Part shown: in pieces, positions 48,701 through 62,353 of the stretch
How positions within the stretch are numbered: the stretch's first letter is position 1
How the letters are laid out: every line of letters starts with the position of its first letter
DNA from: Geosiphon pyriformis uo1
Taxonomy: Eukaryota > Fungi > Glomeromycota
Assembly (NCBI GenBank): GCA_016748015.1
Contig: JAAOMT010000379.1
Location: 234,042-298,041 of the forward strand
Direction of reading: 5' to 3'
DNA length: 64,000 nt
The notes under the pieces: model-generated
Databases searched by the model: none
Told to the model about the DNA's origin: nothing
What the model saw: only the letters and a program-made list of their open reading frames with translations
Program-made: the position numbers and the translations under genes

Positions 48701-51700
48701 TGTGAATTACTAAGCAATAATCCAATTATAATTAAATTGGTAACTATCATGAAAAAATTAGATTTAACAAAGATTTTGCCATATAATTTCTAGATCAGAA
48801 GTTAATAAGCACAGAAAAGAAAATTAACACCAATATAAAATTCAGGAATGGAAAGAAGTTAATTTGAATTTGAAATGATCAATCTGGATATAGAGCATTT
48901 TTGATTAATTCATCTTGTAAAATTGAATTTTCAAAACAAGATTAATAATTTATATTATAATCTAAAACTTTTAATTTTAGCTGACTTTCTCAGAAATTAA
49001 CCACTATCTATTGAATAAATTTTTTTTATAAATACATGATAATTATAAAAAATTGAAATTTAAGCATTATATTGAACAAAAAAAATGAGGCATTTTTTTT
49101 GTCATTTTAAAAAGTATTTTAGATAAAAATAGAAATTTTAGAATTGTTAATGATTTTTTAATTTTAATATAAATATCAAAGCTAAATATATTTAAATTTA
49201 TTTCAACCAAGTTTATTAACATAAAGCAATGTAATAATTTTTATTTATTTCTAAAACCAAATATTTAAAATTATTGATAAGTATAATAAAAATTTTGGAC
49301 TATTTTATTATATATTCATACATATTATAAGTAATATATAAACATTAAATATTAATTAATTATAAAAGGATATTTATTACCCAATTAACTAAAAAAAAAA
49401 ATTTTAAAAAAATTTTGACATTTAAAAATAGTCAAATTTTAAAGTGTTACTTATTCATAAACAATAAAAATGTTTTTTTTTGATAAAAAATATTTTTAAT
49501 AACATTTTTAAAGCAAATATTTTTAAGAAATTTCTATAAAATCTTTTTCTTTTTAATTATATAATATAAATATTATAAAAATTTCAATTTTATTAATGAT
49601 AAAATAAAATGAAATAGTTATTTCAAAAATATATAAAAAAGTTTATTTAATATTTTAACTATACTTTTGTTTACTTTGAGAATAAATTTTAATTTATCCT
49701 TGATATACTGACATTATAATTATAACCGAACGTTTTTTGGTTAAAAAAACTTTCACTTGTTAATTAACAAATAAATTAATGATTGAAAAAAAAAATTTTT
49801 TCCGTGTTATGTTATTTTAAGAATTTTTTTAAAAAAATTTTCAATTTTAAAATTTTTAAAATTCTAATAATTAATATTTTGTAATTTTGTAAAAAAATAA
49901 ATTAATATTTATTTTTAAATATGAATTAAATAAAATTATTTTATTCAATAAAAGTATAAAAATATATGAAATTCAAAAAAAATATGAATTTTCATATTTT
50001 TCATAAAGCTAAATATGAGATTTCATTTATTCCATTTTTAATATTATTCGAGAATCCTCGTACATGAATAAATATAAAAAAGTTTTTTATTTTATATGAT
50101 AAATTTTTGTTTTTGAATAATCCTAGGATTTAGTTGGTCTTGAATTAATATTTTATCTTTTCCCATTCTTTGCACTTTCAAAATTTAGCTAATCAATTCT
50201 CTAATAATGGATTCTGATTGCAACTAAATCTTGATTCTTAATCTTATTTAGACCTCTATTTTTATACTAGTAACGGTAGTTATTCACATTAGTTTTTAGT
50301 TTATGATAGAAAAGATCGAAAAATACAATTCAACAAATATGGATTTTTTGGTTAAAGAAGGATGTTTCACCAAAAATCTTTAAAAGTTTTATAATATTTT
50401 TCTTTCTGATGAGATGAGATATTTTGAATTATGTCCCTTTTTTGAAATCCTTATAAGGCTTTTTGATACATTAATTTTGATCTCATATTGGAAAAGAATA
50501 AAATTTCAAGATCTGAGAAATGTATTACCATTTTTATTCAATAATTTATTAAGAAAAACGTTGTAAATATCCTGATGAGTTTTGAAAATGATTTATACTT
50601 TGAATCAATTAATGGGAATCTATCTTGGGGTATAATGAGAATTTATCTTTTAAAATGGCACAGTTCTATTCTTTTACTTTTGACTTTAAACTTTTAAAAA
50701 AAGAATTCAATTGTTAACTTTATTGATTTCATGATGAATTTCTTATTTTTTAAAAATTAGTTCATTCCAACGGTTAATATTGAATTCACTATCGTTTCAA
50801 TATCATTATAGAATAAGGTATTCAAGTCCATATTTATTCTTAGCCGAGACTAAAGTTTAAGTAAAAATAATATCTCAAGTTCTCTGTTAGTCAGGGAGTA
50901 AAATAGAAGGATTTTACGATCATTGATAAATGAAATGTGTAACCAAACAATCTCCTCAATTGAAATTCCTTGTAAAGTTTATGTTCTAAAACTTTTAGTC
51001 ATAATAGCTCGCTCATTCCTTGTATGGGAATAATTGAAAAATTTAACTGATCAAGTTAAAACCTTAGGGTTCCTTCTTTGAAATTTTGTGAATTAAGGAG
51101 TTAACCCGAGTATGCAATCAATTAACTTTTCGCATAAAACTTTAAGGATTCTTTTTTGTCAATTGATCCCTTATAAAAAAGTTCTTTTTTACTTCAATCA
51201 AAAAATATTTTAACTAATCAGGAAAAATATGAATTGTTACCCCGTTGGAAAAAAAAAAAAAGGAATTAGAAAAAAGAAATACACCCACTTGATCTCAATT
51301 TAAAATGTTCAATTACTCTCTCCATGTCAAAGGAAGCTATAAATGATGCTAGATCATAAAGATATATAGGTTTACTGCATGAGGTTCAAAGCCAAATTGC
51401 CAAAACTTTGATCTGAAAGCAAATAAGGCTTCATGAAACTCGAAACACGGCTTACCACCGTGAGAAAGTCTCGGGTCTCAATGACGATTATTGGTATAGA
51501 ATTATTGGATGTACTAAGCCGAATCAATGCATTTTATTGATGTATTTTGATTTAATTTTATTTCAAGATCAAAAAATCATTACCCTTTAAGGTCTAAATT
51601 AAAAAGCACTACATTCCCTTATCCAAATATCAATGTTCCAAACCCAATAGGAAAATTTCAAATTCTCATTCATAAATTAATTATATCCGCACATCCACAA

Positions 51701-54146
51701 GCTCTCTATTTGAAGAATTCATTTTTGCTACTGAATGTTTGGAAATTTTAATTAAAACATTAAGGAGATCAAAAATAAAAATTTCATTTTTGACTTTATT
51801 TTAATCTAGTCTACTCCCATTGAAATATATTTATGATATGGAAATTCTTTAAAAATTTTTAATGGATAACTGCGCTTTTTTTTTTTCACTTCAAACTTGG
51901 ACTTTATGAGATAAATCTCTTTTTTTTTAAAAAAAAAAGTAACCATTTTAATTATTAGCCGTTTATACTTTCAAACCATTCCATCTATTGTAATCATCAT
52001 CTATAGTAACAGATTTGAAAAACAAAGGTCTTTTTTTTGTCGGACAAAATAATATTTTTTTTTTCAAAAATTTGACTCAAGTTAGTTTTTTTTTTTTAAA
52101 TTTCTTACAACTTCAACAACTCCTGGTGAAAAAGATACTGTACATTCATAGAATTTTAAAGTAAAAGAATTCGAAGCATATAATAAAGTTCATTGTAAAA
52201 GTCCTTTGAAATTTCATTTTTAATTAAAATATTTTCAAAAAGGAAACTTTCCAAAATACTATCAAGCTTTTATAATAGAATAAACAAAAGTGAAATATTC
52301 TGAAATAAATTTGATTTGATTTTCAAACTATTTTGAATGTATATTTTATTTTTTTACAAAAAAATATATTCCCAACTAATTTATTATGGCCCAAGGATCT
52401 CAAAATTTGAAAAATTATTTTGTGAGTTTGTTAAAAAAAAGTTCAACTGACCGAAACTTTTTTACAAATCCGATTATAAAGTCTATTTCTTATTTTCACA
52501 ATTTTCATCCCATTTATTTTTTTTTAGAAATCAAAAGATTCTTATCTTTTAACAAATCTGGAATTTAAATGATACCATAAAAGAGTTGGTTTTTCAAAAA
52601 TGAAAAATATTGTAAAGATTTATTCTAAAGATGAGAAACCCAAATATACATTATGATTTTTTTTTTAAATCATTTTTACCTTATTAACATAATATGAATC
52701 ACTATCGTTCCGAATAGATTCTAAAAAAGAAATTTTTTAAAAATAATTCGACTAATTTACCCCCTTTCATATTTTCGAAACTACATAAAAAAAAAAAAAA
52801 AAAAGACGATCAGCTCAGCTAGCTTAGCTAAAAGAAAACTGTTATCTCTTCCTCTTCGGAACTTACCATAATCAGTAATTTACATGAAAATTCCAAATCA
52901 GGTTTAACCCGCTAAAGTTTGTATCTCACTAAAAATAGCTCTATCAGGTTATAATATGTTCAAATTAATCTAGTATAAATTATTATCATCAACGTTATCT
53001 CCCAAAACCTTTTAATCCAAATATTTGAAAATAATATTATCTCTTAAACCATTGTTGTTGTAGAAGTTTTTAGTTACCCATCACCAAAAACAGTGCCCTG
53101 GGGAATGATTGAAATTTGTTTTATCAGGTATTTTTCCTGAACTTATTAATTTTTTCTTAGATACATGATAAATCGCAGATTAGAGCAAAATGACAAATCA
53201 TGATATAAGCAGAGAAAAAGAATGTTGTGCATTTCTATTGTTATCATTTATTCACTTTGCAATTTCACAAAACTTTATGCGTTTTTCGCAGCTTGGAATA
53301 ATCTGTAAAAGGAATATGATTTAAAGTTTTTCTATTGAATAAAGTTTAACAGTGTACAGTACAACATGACGTGAACTGAATTTTAAAAGCCTAAATATCT
53401 GTGATTAAAAAAACCTGTTTTCCTAATATTGACCCTGAAATATGATAATTTTTTCATTTTCAAAATTTCTTTTTGGTTCCTTTTTGAGAAGAAGGCTAAT
53501 GGGTATAACAAATCAAAGTCAAAAGTTTTATCCTCATTATAACTTTTGACCAAATATTGGAAATCACAAAATTTAATTTCTAATTCAACAACCAGTCGGT
53601 TCGTGACTTTCAAAGGAAAGGAAATGATATTACTAATCTTAAAATTTTTGCTTTTTAATCTAAATCTAGACTCATCATTAGATATTTCTTTGAAATTTTT
53701 TTCATTTTTAATAAATTTTCAAAATTGGAAATTTATTTCAAGAAATTCAAAATACACGAAAAAAAGGATTTATATTGTAACAAAAAAAGTTTGATTATTA
53801 TTTCAAAAAATTAATTAAGAATTTTAACTCTAAGGATTTCCTTTCAAAATAATATTTCAGATGGTTATTTTAGCATTAGGTTACATATTTACTTGTTTTA
53901 AGATGAGTTAAAGAGTTAAAAACATCAAACTTCTATCTTTGAAAAACTATTAACAAAATTCGGGAAAAATCTAAAAAAAAAAAAAAAGAAAAAAAAGGAA
54001 ATGCAAAAAGTTGAATGCAAAAAAATTTAAATTAAATTTTTATAATTAAAAGCCACCCAAATATATTATCTTGATCTTTACAATCATAACAAAAAAAATG
54101 TTTTACTATGGTCTATTCACATGTTATAAAAATGCGTTTTGCTTGT

Positions 54147-55575
54147 CTAAGACGAAGAAGCAGAAGAAGAAGAAGAAGAGTGAGAGCTTTCATTTTTCGA
54201 TTGCTCAGCGTCGATCCATGTTCGAATAGCAGCAAGCGTAGCAGTATCTTTAGGCACAGCGATTCGTCGAATCAGTTTCGAGATAGTTCCTTGAACAATT
54301 TGTGACTTATTTCCTGAAACTTCTCGAATTTCTAGGGCAATCCCTTTTTGTGAGACTGTACCATTGGCAAGTCTTGGTTCCAGACATTTCAAGAAATCGT
54401 CAACGAGCTGATCCTGTTCAGGTGTCAGAGAATTTACAGCTGCCACATTAGACACCTTTGTCGATGAATTTGGACTGCCTGGAGAAACTTCTCCTTCACC
54501 AGATGAGGAGAATGATGATGTTTCATTTGATTTTGGTGTAGAACTTTGGTCATGGCTATCGGCAATCGACGTTTGTTGTTCTTCACTCGGTTTACTTTTC
54601 TTTGATTTTGATTTTCGATGTTTAGTCAAGTGAAGACGATTATTTAAACATTTCAATGGGGGTTTATTCATTTTCATTGCGTAAAACTGTTTGGGTATAT
54701 CAAGTGAATCTTCATTGTTCGAAGGTGAAGTTGGTTTTTCATAAGGTTCATGCCGGACTTTGGACTTTCTTGATTTTTTCCCGGATTTTGATGATCGCCC
54801 AGAATTCTCTAATGATGATTGACTGTGGGGCATCAATTCGTCTTCCATGATTTCTTCCTCTTTTATGAATTCTTTAAATCTCAATTTTTCATAGGGTGGA
54901 GATATTGTATCTCCACGAATCATTGACTTTCGTTTTTCTTGTAAATGCTTTTCGATAATAATTGGTGCTATTGGTCGTAGTTTTAAGGGTGATCGAGACG
55001 AGATAGGGGGATCGATATCCATAAGAAATTCCCCATATTTCGACGTTCCATTCGCAGCCGGATCGACTTTTCTCGTTTTGCGGATCAAATCTTTTTTTCG
55101 GATTTCATCGGGTAAGGATATTTCAGATGGTGGAAAGCCGTTAAGTAATCCGTCCGGTAAACGAACACACATATCGTCAGGAAGAATTTTTTGTAGTTCT
55201 GCTACCACTTGAGAAACATAACGTAAAGCATGGCCAGCTTCTTTATAAGCTTTAATTACCTAAGAGAGGAAGGCAAAAAACGAAAGGAGAATTTATCAAA
55301 ATTTTGTTGTCAAACAGTTTAATAATGTTAATTTCTATTGTTTCAGTTCTATGTTTAATTTCTTTGGCAAATAGAAATTTACATTGTTCTTTTTTTTTTT
55401 TGTTTCTTGCTTTGAATCATTTCAACGTTTTTCTTTGAACCAACTTTAGTCATGAAATATCCATTTTTATTTATTTCAAAGAGAAATTCGTACAATTACA
55501 AACCTCTTCGGTCTTTCTCACAATCTCGGCAGTAGGTGTCGGATCGATTCGAGTCTGAGATGTTAAAGAGTTCAT
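54147..55575 (-). CDS. Hypothetical Ser/Lys-rich (likely nuclear) protein with possible C-terminal lambda-repressor-like HTH (2 exons)
   Basis: Exon 1 55575-55504 (MNSLTSQ...TEE|gt) splices in frame to 55259-54147. Basic NLS-like stretches; C-terminal VSQKGIALEI...IVQGTISKLIRR. Confidence 0.7.
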
Positions 55576-57118
55576 TTCGTGTATAAAAAAAATTTAATAA
55601 AAATATAAAATATATGACAGGAAAGAGATTTTGCGAAATCTTTTTTTGAAAATAGGGAAGAAAAAAAAGGTAATCTGAGAAAAGAATAAATACACTAGCG
55701 CCACCAAAAATCCGTGACAGTAAAAAAAACGATTCTATATAAAAAAATAGATTTCTAAAAAAGGCGAAGGATTAGAACCTGTAATTGATGATTGATGATT
55801 GATGATTAATGATTACTTGGGTCAAAAGTTTGATTAATTAAGTAAAAAAGTGACAGAGTAACATTTACTTGGATACGTAGAAAGAGAAAGAGAAAAATCC
55901 TTTGACACTGTTCACGTATACTCGTTGAAAACTTCTATTCCTTATTTGTAAGTTGAACGGAGAAAGTTATGCCCGAACAATGGCAATTTGAAAATAAAGA
56001 TAAAAAAAACAACAGTGAGTAAATATTTTCTTTTTATTATTAATAATGATGTGCATAAAGAAATATTAAAATTTTCTAGCTTAGTGTAACTATTGGTAAA
56101 GAAATGGTGGAAAGATTACTTTAAAAATTATTATTATTATTATTTGTTAGGGCATCAATCTAGGTTATTGCCTAAATGGGAAGTGAATCAAGTCTAAATA
56201 TTTTAGGTTTTTTTTTAAATTTCAAAAAAAAAAAAAAATCAAAAGATTTGATTCAAAGTTGAAAAGAAAGAAAAAACTGATTTTGATGGATTATACGAAT
56301 CAAGTTTAGTGATTTTCAATAAACAACTCTAAACTTTTTTCTATATCAAGCTAAATCAAAAATTTTTTCGATGTTTGAAGTAATTAAAGCAAATTTGATT
56401 GAAGATAACTTTGGATTTCGCAATAATAAAAGATTGCATCAAAAATTCAAAGTATTGAAATCATCCCACGATTAAAATTTTTTTACACCATTCCTGAAAT
56501 GTTTCACCGCATGATTAATTTTGTAGTCATCTGATTGATTTGTTTGTATCAATGTACAATGTGTGTGTTTGTATAACAAGACTTTGGGGAGTTATCACTT
56601 TTTTTATGTTGCTTCCTGTACTTTTTTTATTTCTCAATTTCGGGTGTGAAGCTTTTTAACGTTTTTCATATGAAAAAGAACATGATTTTAGAATAGTCTT
56701 TTTTAATTAAAAAAATTAGTCAACCATCTATTTCTCAAACTCTTGGTAATTTCGATATTGATAGTGGCTAAATGACACCCTTTGGTGAATCATATTTTTT
56801 GATTGAACCAACTTTTCAGCCCCGTGTGTGATCCCTTTGATAATTGATTTTAATAACTGGCCCAACAAGAGAAATTGGTACCCTATGATAATTCGAATTT
56901 AATAATGTACAAATAATGTTATGTCTTGCTTCCTGTCTCTCCTGCTTCTTTGAGCAATTCTGATTTGTTGATAGAAATTCAATTACCTCAACCACTCGAA
57001 TTAGTAAAACCTTGATTAAAATTTTTGAATTTGTGTTAATGGGAATTTTAAATTTCATTCAAAATAATAATATTTTAAATTTTTGTACTTGATTAGAAAA
57101 AAAAAGACGCAGGAAAAA

Positions 57119-58458
57119 ATGATGAACCTCAAATTCTCGGATGCTGCTGCTGCATTATTCACAAGCCCGCTTCCTGAAGGTTTAAAGAAAAATCAGTTAG
57201 ATTATAATATCACCTTTCAATTTGTTGTATCGAAGGTTCAAGAACTTGTGTCACCGGTGTATAGTCCATTATTTGCAACTGGACAAGATACTTTTTGGCA
57301 ATTAGTATTCGGGCCGGTAGGTAGCTAAAAGTTCTTTTTAATGATAAAATTAGGATATTAGTTTATTTTGCTAAATATTTTAAATTTCTTTGATCTTATA
57401 AGCCAAATGAAACAGATTCAGATTTCTGTGATTTGTTTTTAACGGCAATTCCAAGCGCCGAGGAATCTCTATCAGTTTCCAACTGGGAGAAACGTGGTAA
57501 ATTAACAGCACAAGTTTATCTCATGAATCATGCCACACAAGTTTCTATTGTGAGAAAAGAATTTCGTACTAATGGATATTCTGTTAATGGAACTTGGTTA
57601 GGTATTGAAATTTTTTAAAATATTTTGCTTTTTTCTTGAAATTGTTAATAGTATTCGTTTTAACAAACTAAATTTTCAAATCTTACCTATTGATTAGGAT
57701 TCAAAAAACTTTGGAAAAAAGTTCAACTTGAAGGCGATAAAATAATTATTGGTGTTCAGTTTAAAGATACTCCTGATGCTATTGAACAGAAATCTATACT
57801 GAATTTACCATGGAATCATATTCCACAAAATCTTATCGATGTGTGGGAAGAACATTTAACCAATGCTCAAACAGCTGACGTGAAATTTTCAATCGAGGGA
57901 AAAACAATTTATGGACATTCTGATATACTTGCAAAACGATCAAGATATTTTTGGGACTTATTAAGGCCAGTAGTTCACCATGATCAAAACGATGAGGATG
58001 ATGTTCTATCGGTTTCAAAGCTCGTCATAAATGAGAATACTGAAATCTTATCCTCGCCAAATAACCCACAATTTATTGAAATTACTGATTACGATTTTGC
58101 CACGTTTAACGAATTCATTCGTTTCATCTACACCGATCAAGTATCATTCGAAAATGCAACTCCATTATCTCTCTATGAAATAGCTGAGAAATACAATCTC
58201 GCCGATCTGAGTAACCGAGCAAAAGTTGAAATATGCCAGATGGTCACTCTGGAAAATGCCACCCCATTATTATTTGAAAGAGCATACAAATATTTGGAGT
58301 TGAAAAATTATTTGGTTAAATTTATTGTAGAAAATTTCAAAGACATCCGGGAAACAAAGGAGTTTAAAGCTATTCTTGGAAATTCGGCAGAATACCCAAA
58401 ATTCGCCGAACTTATGGCAGAAATTTTTGGAATGTTGGGCCCAAGTGATAGGCCTTAG
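57119..58458 (+). CDS. MATH-BTB (SPOP-like) Cullin3 adaptor, 3 exons
   Basis: VYSPLFATGQDTFWQLVFGP...CDLFLTAIP...TW|GFKK (MATH/TRAF-like); ADVKFSIEGKTIYGHSDILAKRSRYF...IEITDYDFATFNEFIRFIYTD...LYEIAEKY (BTB). Confidence 0.88.
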
Positions 58459-59062
58459 GTGATGTGAGTTCATTCGATTGAGGAAATTTTCAATTGATTG
58501 AGATACAAGGTGTATTTATATAGGAGGAGTTACATATCAGATCTTAATTGATTGCTCGAGCAATTCTAAAACTCAAAATAATCAATGTAAATCTTCGAAA
58601 TATTCAAAGTTATATATTGAAATATTAGTATCCTATTAGATCATCATTCAAAAGACTGCTAGAACCGGTTAAAGTCCTTGAAGCCTTACTTCTTTCCATT
58701 CTTACAAATATTAAAAAAGCAAACCATTTTTATTTGCGAGGTCTAATAATGAATTAAATTTAAACAAACAGGAATACTTTTAAGCACCAAAAAGCGATGA
58801 TTTTCAGAATTTCGCTAAAATCTGATGTCGAAATAAATGTTATCAATTGATAAGATAATCCTTGAATGACGTTTGCAGTTCCTTTCTTGTGATGACATTT
58901 TATTAATCGACGATGCATTTTTATTCCAGAAGTATGGATCGATCAGTTTCGATTCCCCCTTAAACAAAATCATGTAATTTTCATTCGTCTGGGCTGCTTA
59001 TAAAGTTCATTTTTTTTAACCTTGAGCATAGAAAGTCTCCTCACGACAAGATCAACTTTTAC

Positions 59063-60028
59063 ATGTCGGTAGTAGTTGTCCAAGGAGCAAGTCGTGGCTT
59101 AGGCCTGGCTTTAACTCGAGCACTGCTTGCGAACACAAACCTTAAAGTGGTAGCAACTTGTCGCAACCCATCAACTGCTACTCATAACATCACATCCGAA
59201 CTTACACCAAATCAAATTGCAAGACTTAAAATACTTCAATTAGACGTCACGGATGAAAATACTATTTCATCTGCTTCGAAATTTGTGAAAGACACATTTG
59301 GACCAACTTCGGTTCGCCTTTTGTTGAATATATCTGGGATACTGGTGAACCCAGAGAAAGCTTTGAAACAAGTTTCTGCCAATATACTTTTAGAAAATTT
59401 TAAGGTCAATTCAATTGGCCCATTATTAGTGGCCAAACATTTTGTTCCCTTATTGCAAACTAAATTTGAAGGAAAAGAAGATCAAGATAAAGAACCGCAA
59501 AATTATAGATTTCCAAATTTTGCGGTAATTGGAAACGTTTCCGCTAAAACTGGAAGTATCTCAGACAATCATCTCGGTGGGTGGTGAGTTGTAAACTTTC
59601 GTTTCTCTAAATTAAATGTTTTTTTTTTATATGACCATACAAAGTTTCTCAGATCTTGTAATAAACTTTCTAGGTACGCTTATCGAGCTAGCAAGTAAAT
59701 ATTGAAATTTGAAATGCCGTAAAACTTTTTCATAAATTATATTGAAACATTCACCGTTTTGCTTTTAAATTATAGAGCTGCATTGAATCAATTCACCCGT
59801 ACCTTAGCAATTGAACTCGCTTATCGTAACATAGACGCTGTTGCAGTTACTCTGCATCCGGGTACTGTAAAAACGGATTTGTCCTCTATGTTTGTGAAAA
59901 ATGTAAGTCCGGAAAAATTATTTACGCCTCATCAATCAGCCTCATATCTGCTAGATGTAATTCGAGGTTTAAAGAAAGCGGACAGTGGAAAATTGATTAG
60001 TTGGAATGGTGAAGTTATTCCTTATTGA
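59063..60028 (+). CDS. Short-chain dehydrogenase/reductase, C-factor (CsgA)-like, 3 exons
   Basis: VQGASRGLG Rossmann motif, LDVTDE, VNSIGPLLVAKHF, GSISDNHLGGW|YAYRASK|AALNQ, LHPGTVKTDLS. Confidence 0.93.
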
Positions 60029-61903
60029 GAAAAAAATTGCGAGATTTCTAAGAATTTCCGCGACATTTTTCAAGTGTCTTTTTGAGAACAGTTTGTTTAC
60101 AAGAAAAGGTTAGCCTCAAAAAAGCTAAGCAATATAATGTAAATTTTTCTCTTTTTCTGAAATCTGAATGTTTAAATATACAGCAAAATTCAGATACCCC
60201 TTGCAATTTCATAAATTTAAATAAACTTTCGAAATCCAGAAGATTTCCCATATGACATTCTCAAATGGGACTTTTTTTTTTCATAAAAAAATCCAAAATG
60301 CTCTTTTTCAATCATTAATTTTCTGTGAAATCTTTTTTAAGTTTTTATTCTTATTAAAATCAAATCACCATTCATAATATAATGGAACATTTAAAATTGG
60401 AATCTAATTATTTTAAAATGAAATAGTAAATCTAATGGACTATTACGAAGAGATTTCAATATGTAAAACTTTTAAAGGGGATCCAAAGAACTTCTACAAG
60501 ATTAGGTAAACAGAATCAAACCGAGAATCCCAAAAAGGTTCACAGATCGTTTAAAAAAATATATAACAATTCGTATTTTAAGAGAGAGAAATATATATAT
60601 ATATATATATAAATGAAGAAGAAATCTTTGTAAGATGGTTCAATATCCAAAAATAGAATACTAACCGTTAAATTAAGTAAAGGTTAAATAATCGGAGAGA
60701 GATTAACTTTTATAAAAACAGAATAAATAATGATACTACCCAAATGTGCAATAATTAAGAATTATTTTATTATGCATTATTTATCAATTACATTTTTAGA
60801 TATTTCTAGAAATTCTTTATCTAAAAAATAGATAACGGGAGGCCATAGTTATCAGTTATCAGTTATCAGTTACCAGTTTTCAATTTTCAATTTTCATAGA
60901 AACTTGAGCAAAAAAAAAATAACAAACAAAAGCTTTTCATTTTATTTCGGAAAAACAATATCAGCTCGATTGTTGAATTCTATTGTTTCCTATTTTAACG
61001 ATTGTCCCATTTTACTGAAAGAAAAAAGTTCATTGAGGTACATTATACGGAAAATTGTCTGTTAATTTTGTCAAACTTTGATTGAATCGCTTTAGAATTA
61101 ATGTTATGAAAAAAGAAAATAACAACAACATTAATAATAATAATAATATGGTTTGGTTTGGTTCAAAAACTTTGGACAATGAGATTTCAAAACCCTTTTT
61201 TTTTTTTACGTTATCATAAGCAGTAAAAATGAATTCTCATATTGTTTTATTATTATTCAGCAAAAAATTTCTCTAAAAATATTTTTTTACCATTGACCTT
61301 CGCCATTCTACCCAACTATGAGTAAAAAATAAAGTATCTTTCATAAATTATATCTAATAATTTGTCTCTTTCGAAGGGTCTAGTAAAATGAAAACAAATT
61401 GTATATCATGTAATATGAAAAAAATGCAAAATGATTCTAAAACTTGTCATTTCAATATTTTTTTGAAACTAATAAAATTAGTAAACCATTTATCATAAAA
61501 TATTAATACCCGTTTCCAGTGATTAGAATTGGTTTAATTTATCTGTATGAGTTTTTAGAAAGCCAAGTCAATGAACCAATCGCGTCTATAGTACCATACA
61601 TATTTGTTACGATCCGTGTTATGAAGACTTGACGCAGATTAGAACCAGTTACACGCCATCCTGGGTCAAATTTATCTTTATTTGGGTTGAACTATTTGGT
61701 TTTAACTGCGACTTGGCAATGAAATTCACATTTGTGGGTATGACTTTCGGCATGCACAGGCTATTTTAATTATAAGGTCTTTTAAGGAAAACAGTCGAAA
61801 ATCTCGTGATACTAATCAATTGATTTTGGTTGCCAATGCAAACAATTTTCTCTAACAAATTACTTAATTTTCAATATTAAGTACTTTCACCCCAATCCAA
61901 AAA

Positions 61904-62353
61904 ATGAAACCCATATTGAAAGTACAAAATTTAGACAAACTTTTAAAAGAATTTTCTCAGAACGCTTGGCAAAACTATGAACTTTGGGCATTCTTTCAAC
62001 TTTGTGTCTCTGTTCAAAAATATAATATCGATAAACAAACACTGTTTTTATACCTTCAAAATGGCAAAAACATGAAACCAAATAATTCTCCAGTAGAAAA
62101 TTGTTTATTGGGATGTTTCTATTCTTGGGGAATTGGAACGGAACATGATTTTAAAAAGGCATATGATTGCTTTAAATCAGCAGCGGATCAAGGGAATCCT
62201 ATTGGGAATCGGTTTCTTGGCTATGCTCATATTCATGGTCGAGCTGCGTTGAAAGATGTACATATGGCCATACGGTTTCATAGAAAAGTTTTGAAAAATG
62301 GAAAAGATCCTGAGACTGTAGAGTTTTTTAAACGTATATTTGTGCCTCGATAA
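61904..62353 (+). CDS. Small Sel1-like repeat protein
   Basis: LLGCFYSWGIGTEHDFKKAYDCFKSAADQG and FLGYAHIHGRAALKDVHMAIRFHRK are two Sel1-like repeats. Confidence 0.75.
   Translation: MKPILKVQNLDKLLKEFSQNAWQNYELWAFFQLCVSVQKYNIDKQTLFLYLQNGKNMKPNNSPVENCLLGCFYSWGIGTEHDFKKAYDCFKSAADQGNPIGNRFLGYAHIHGRAALKDVHMAIRFHRKVLKNGKDPETVEFFKRIFVPR

Noticed and set aside
60847-60878. 7-bp tandem (agttatc)x3-4; similar (attgatg)x3-4 at about 55784-55813
   Set aside because: Short slippage repeats with no evidence of function.
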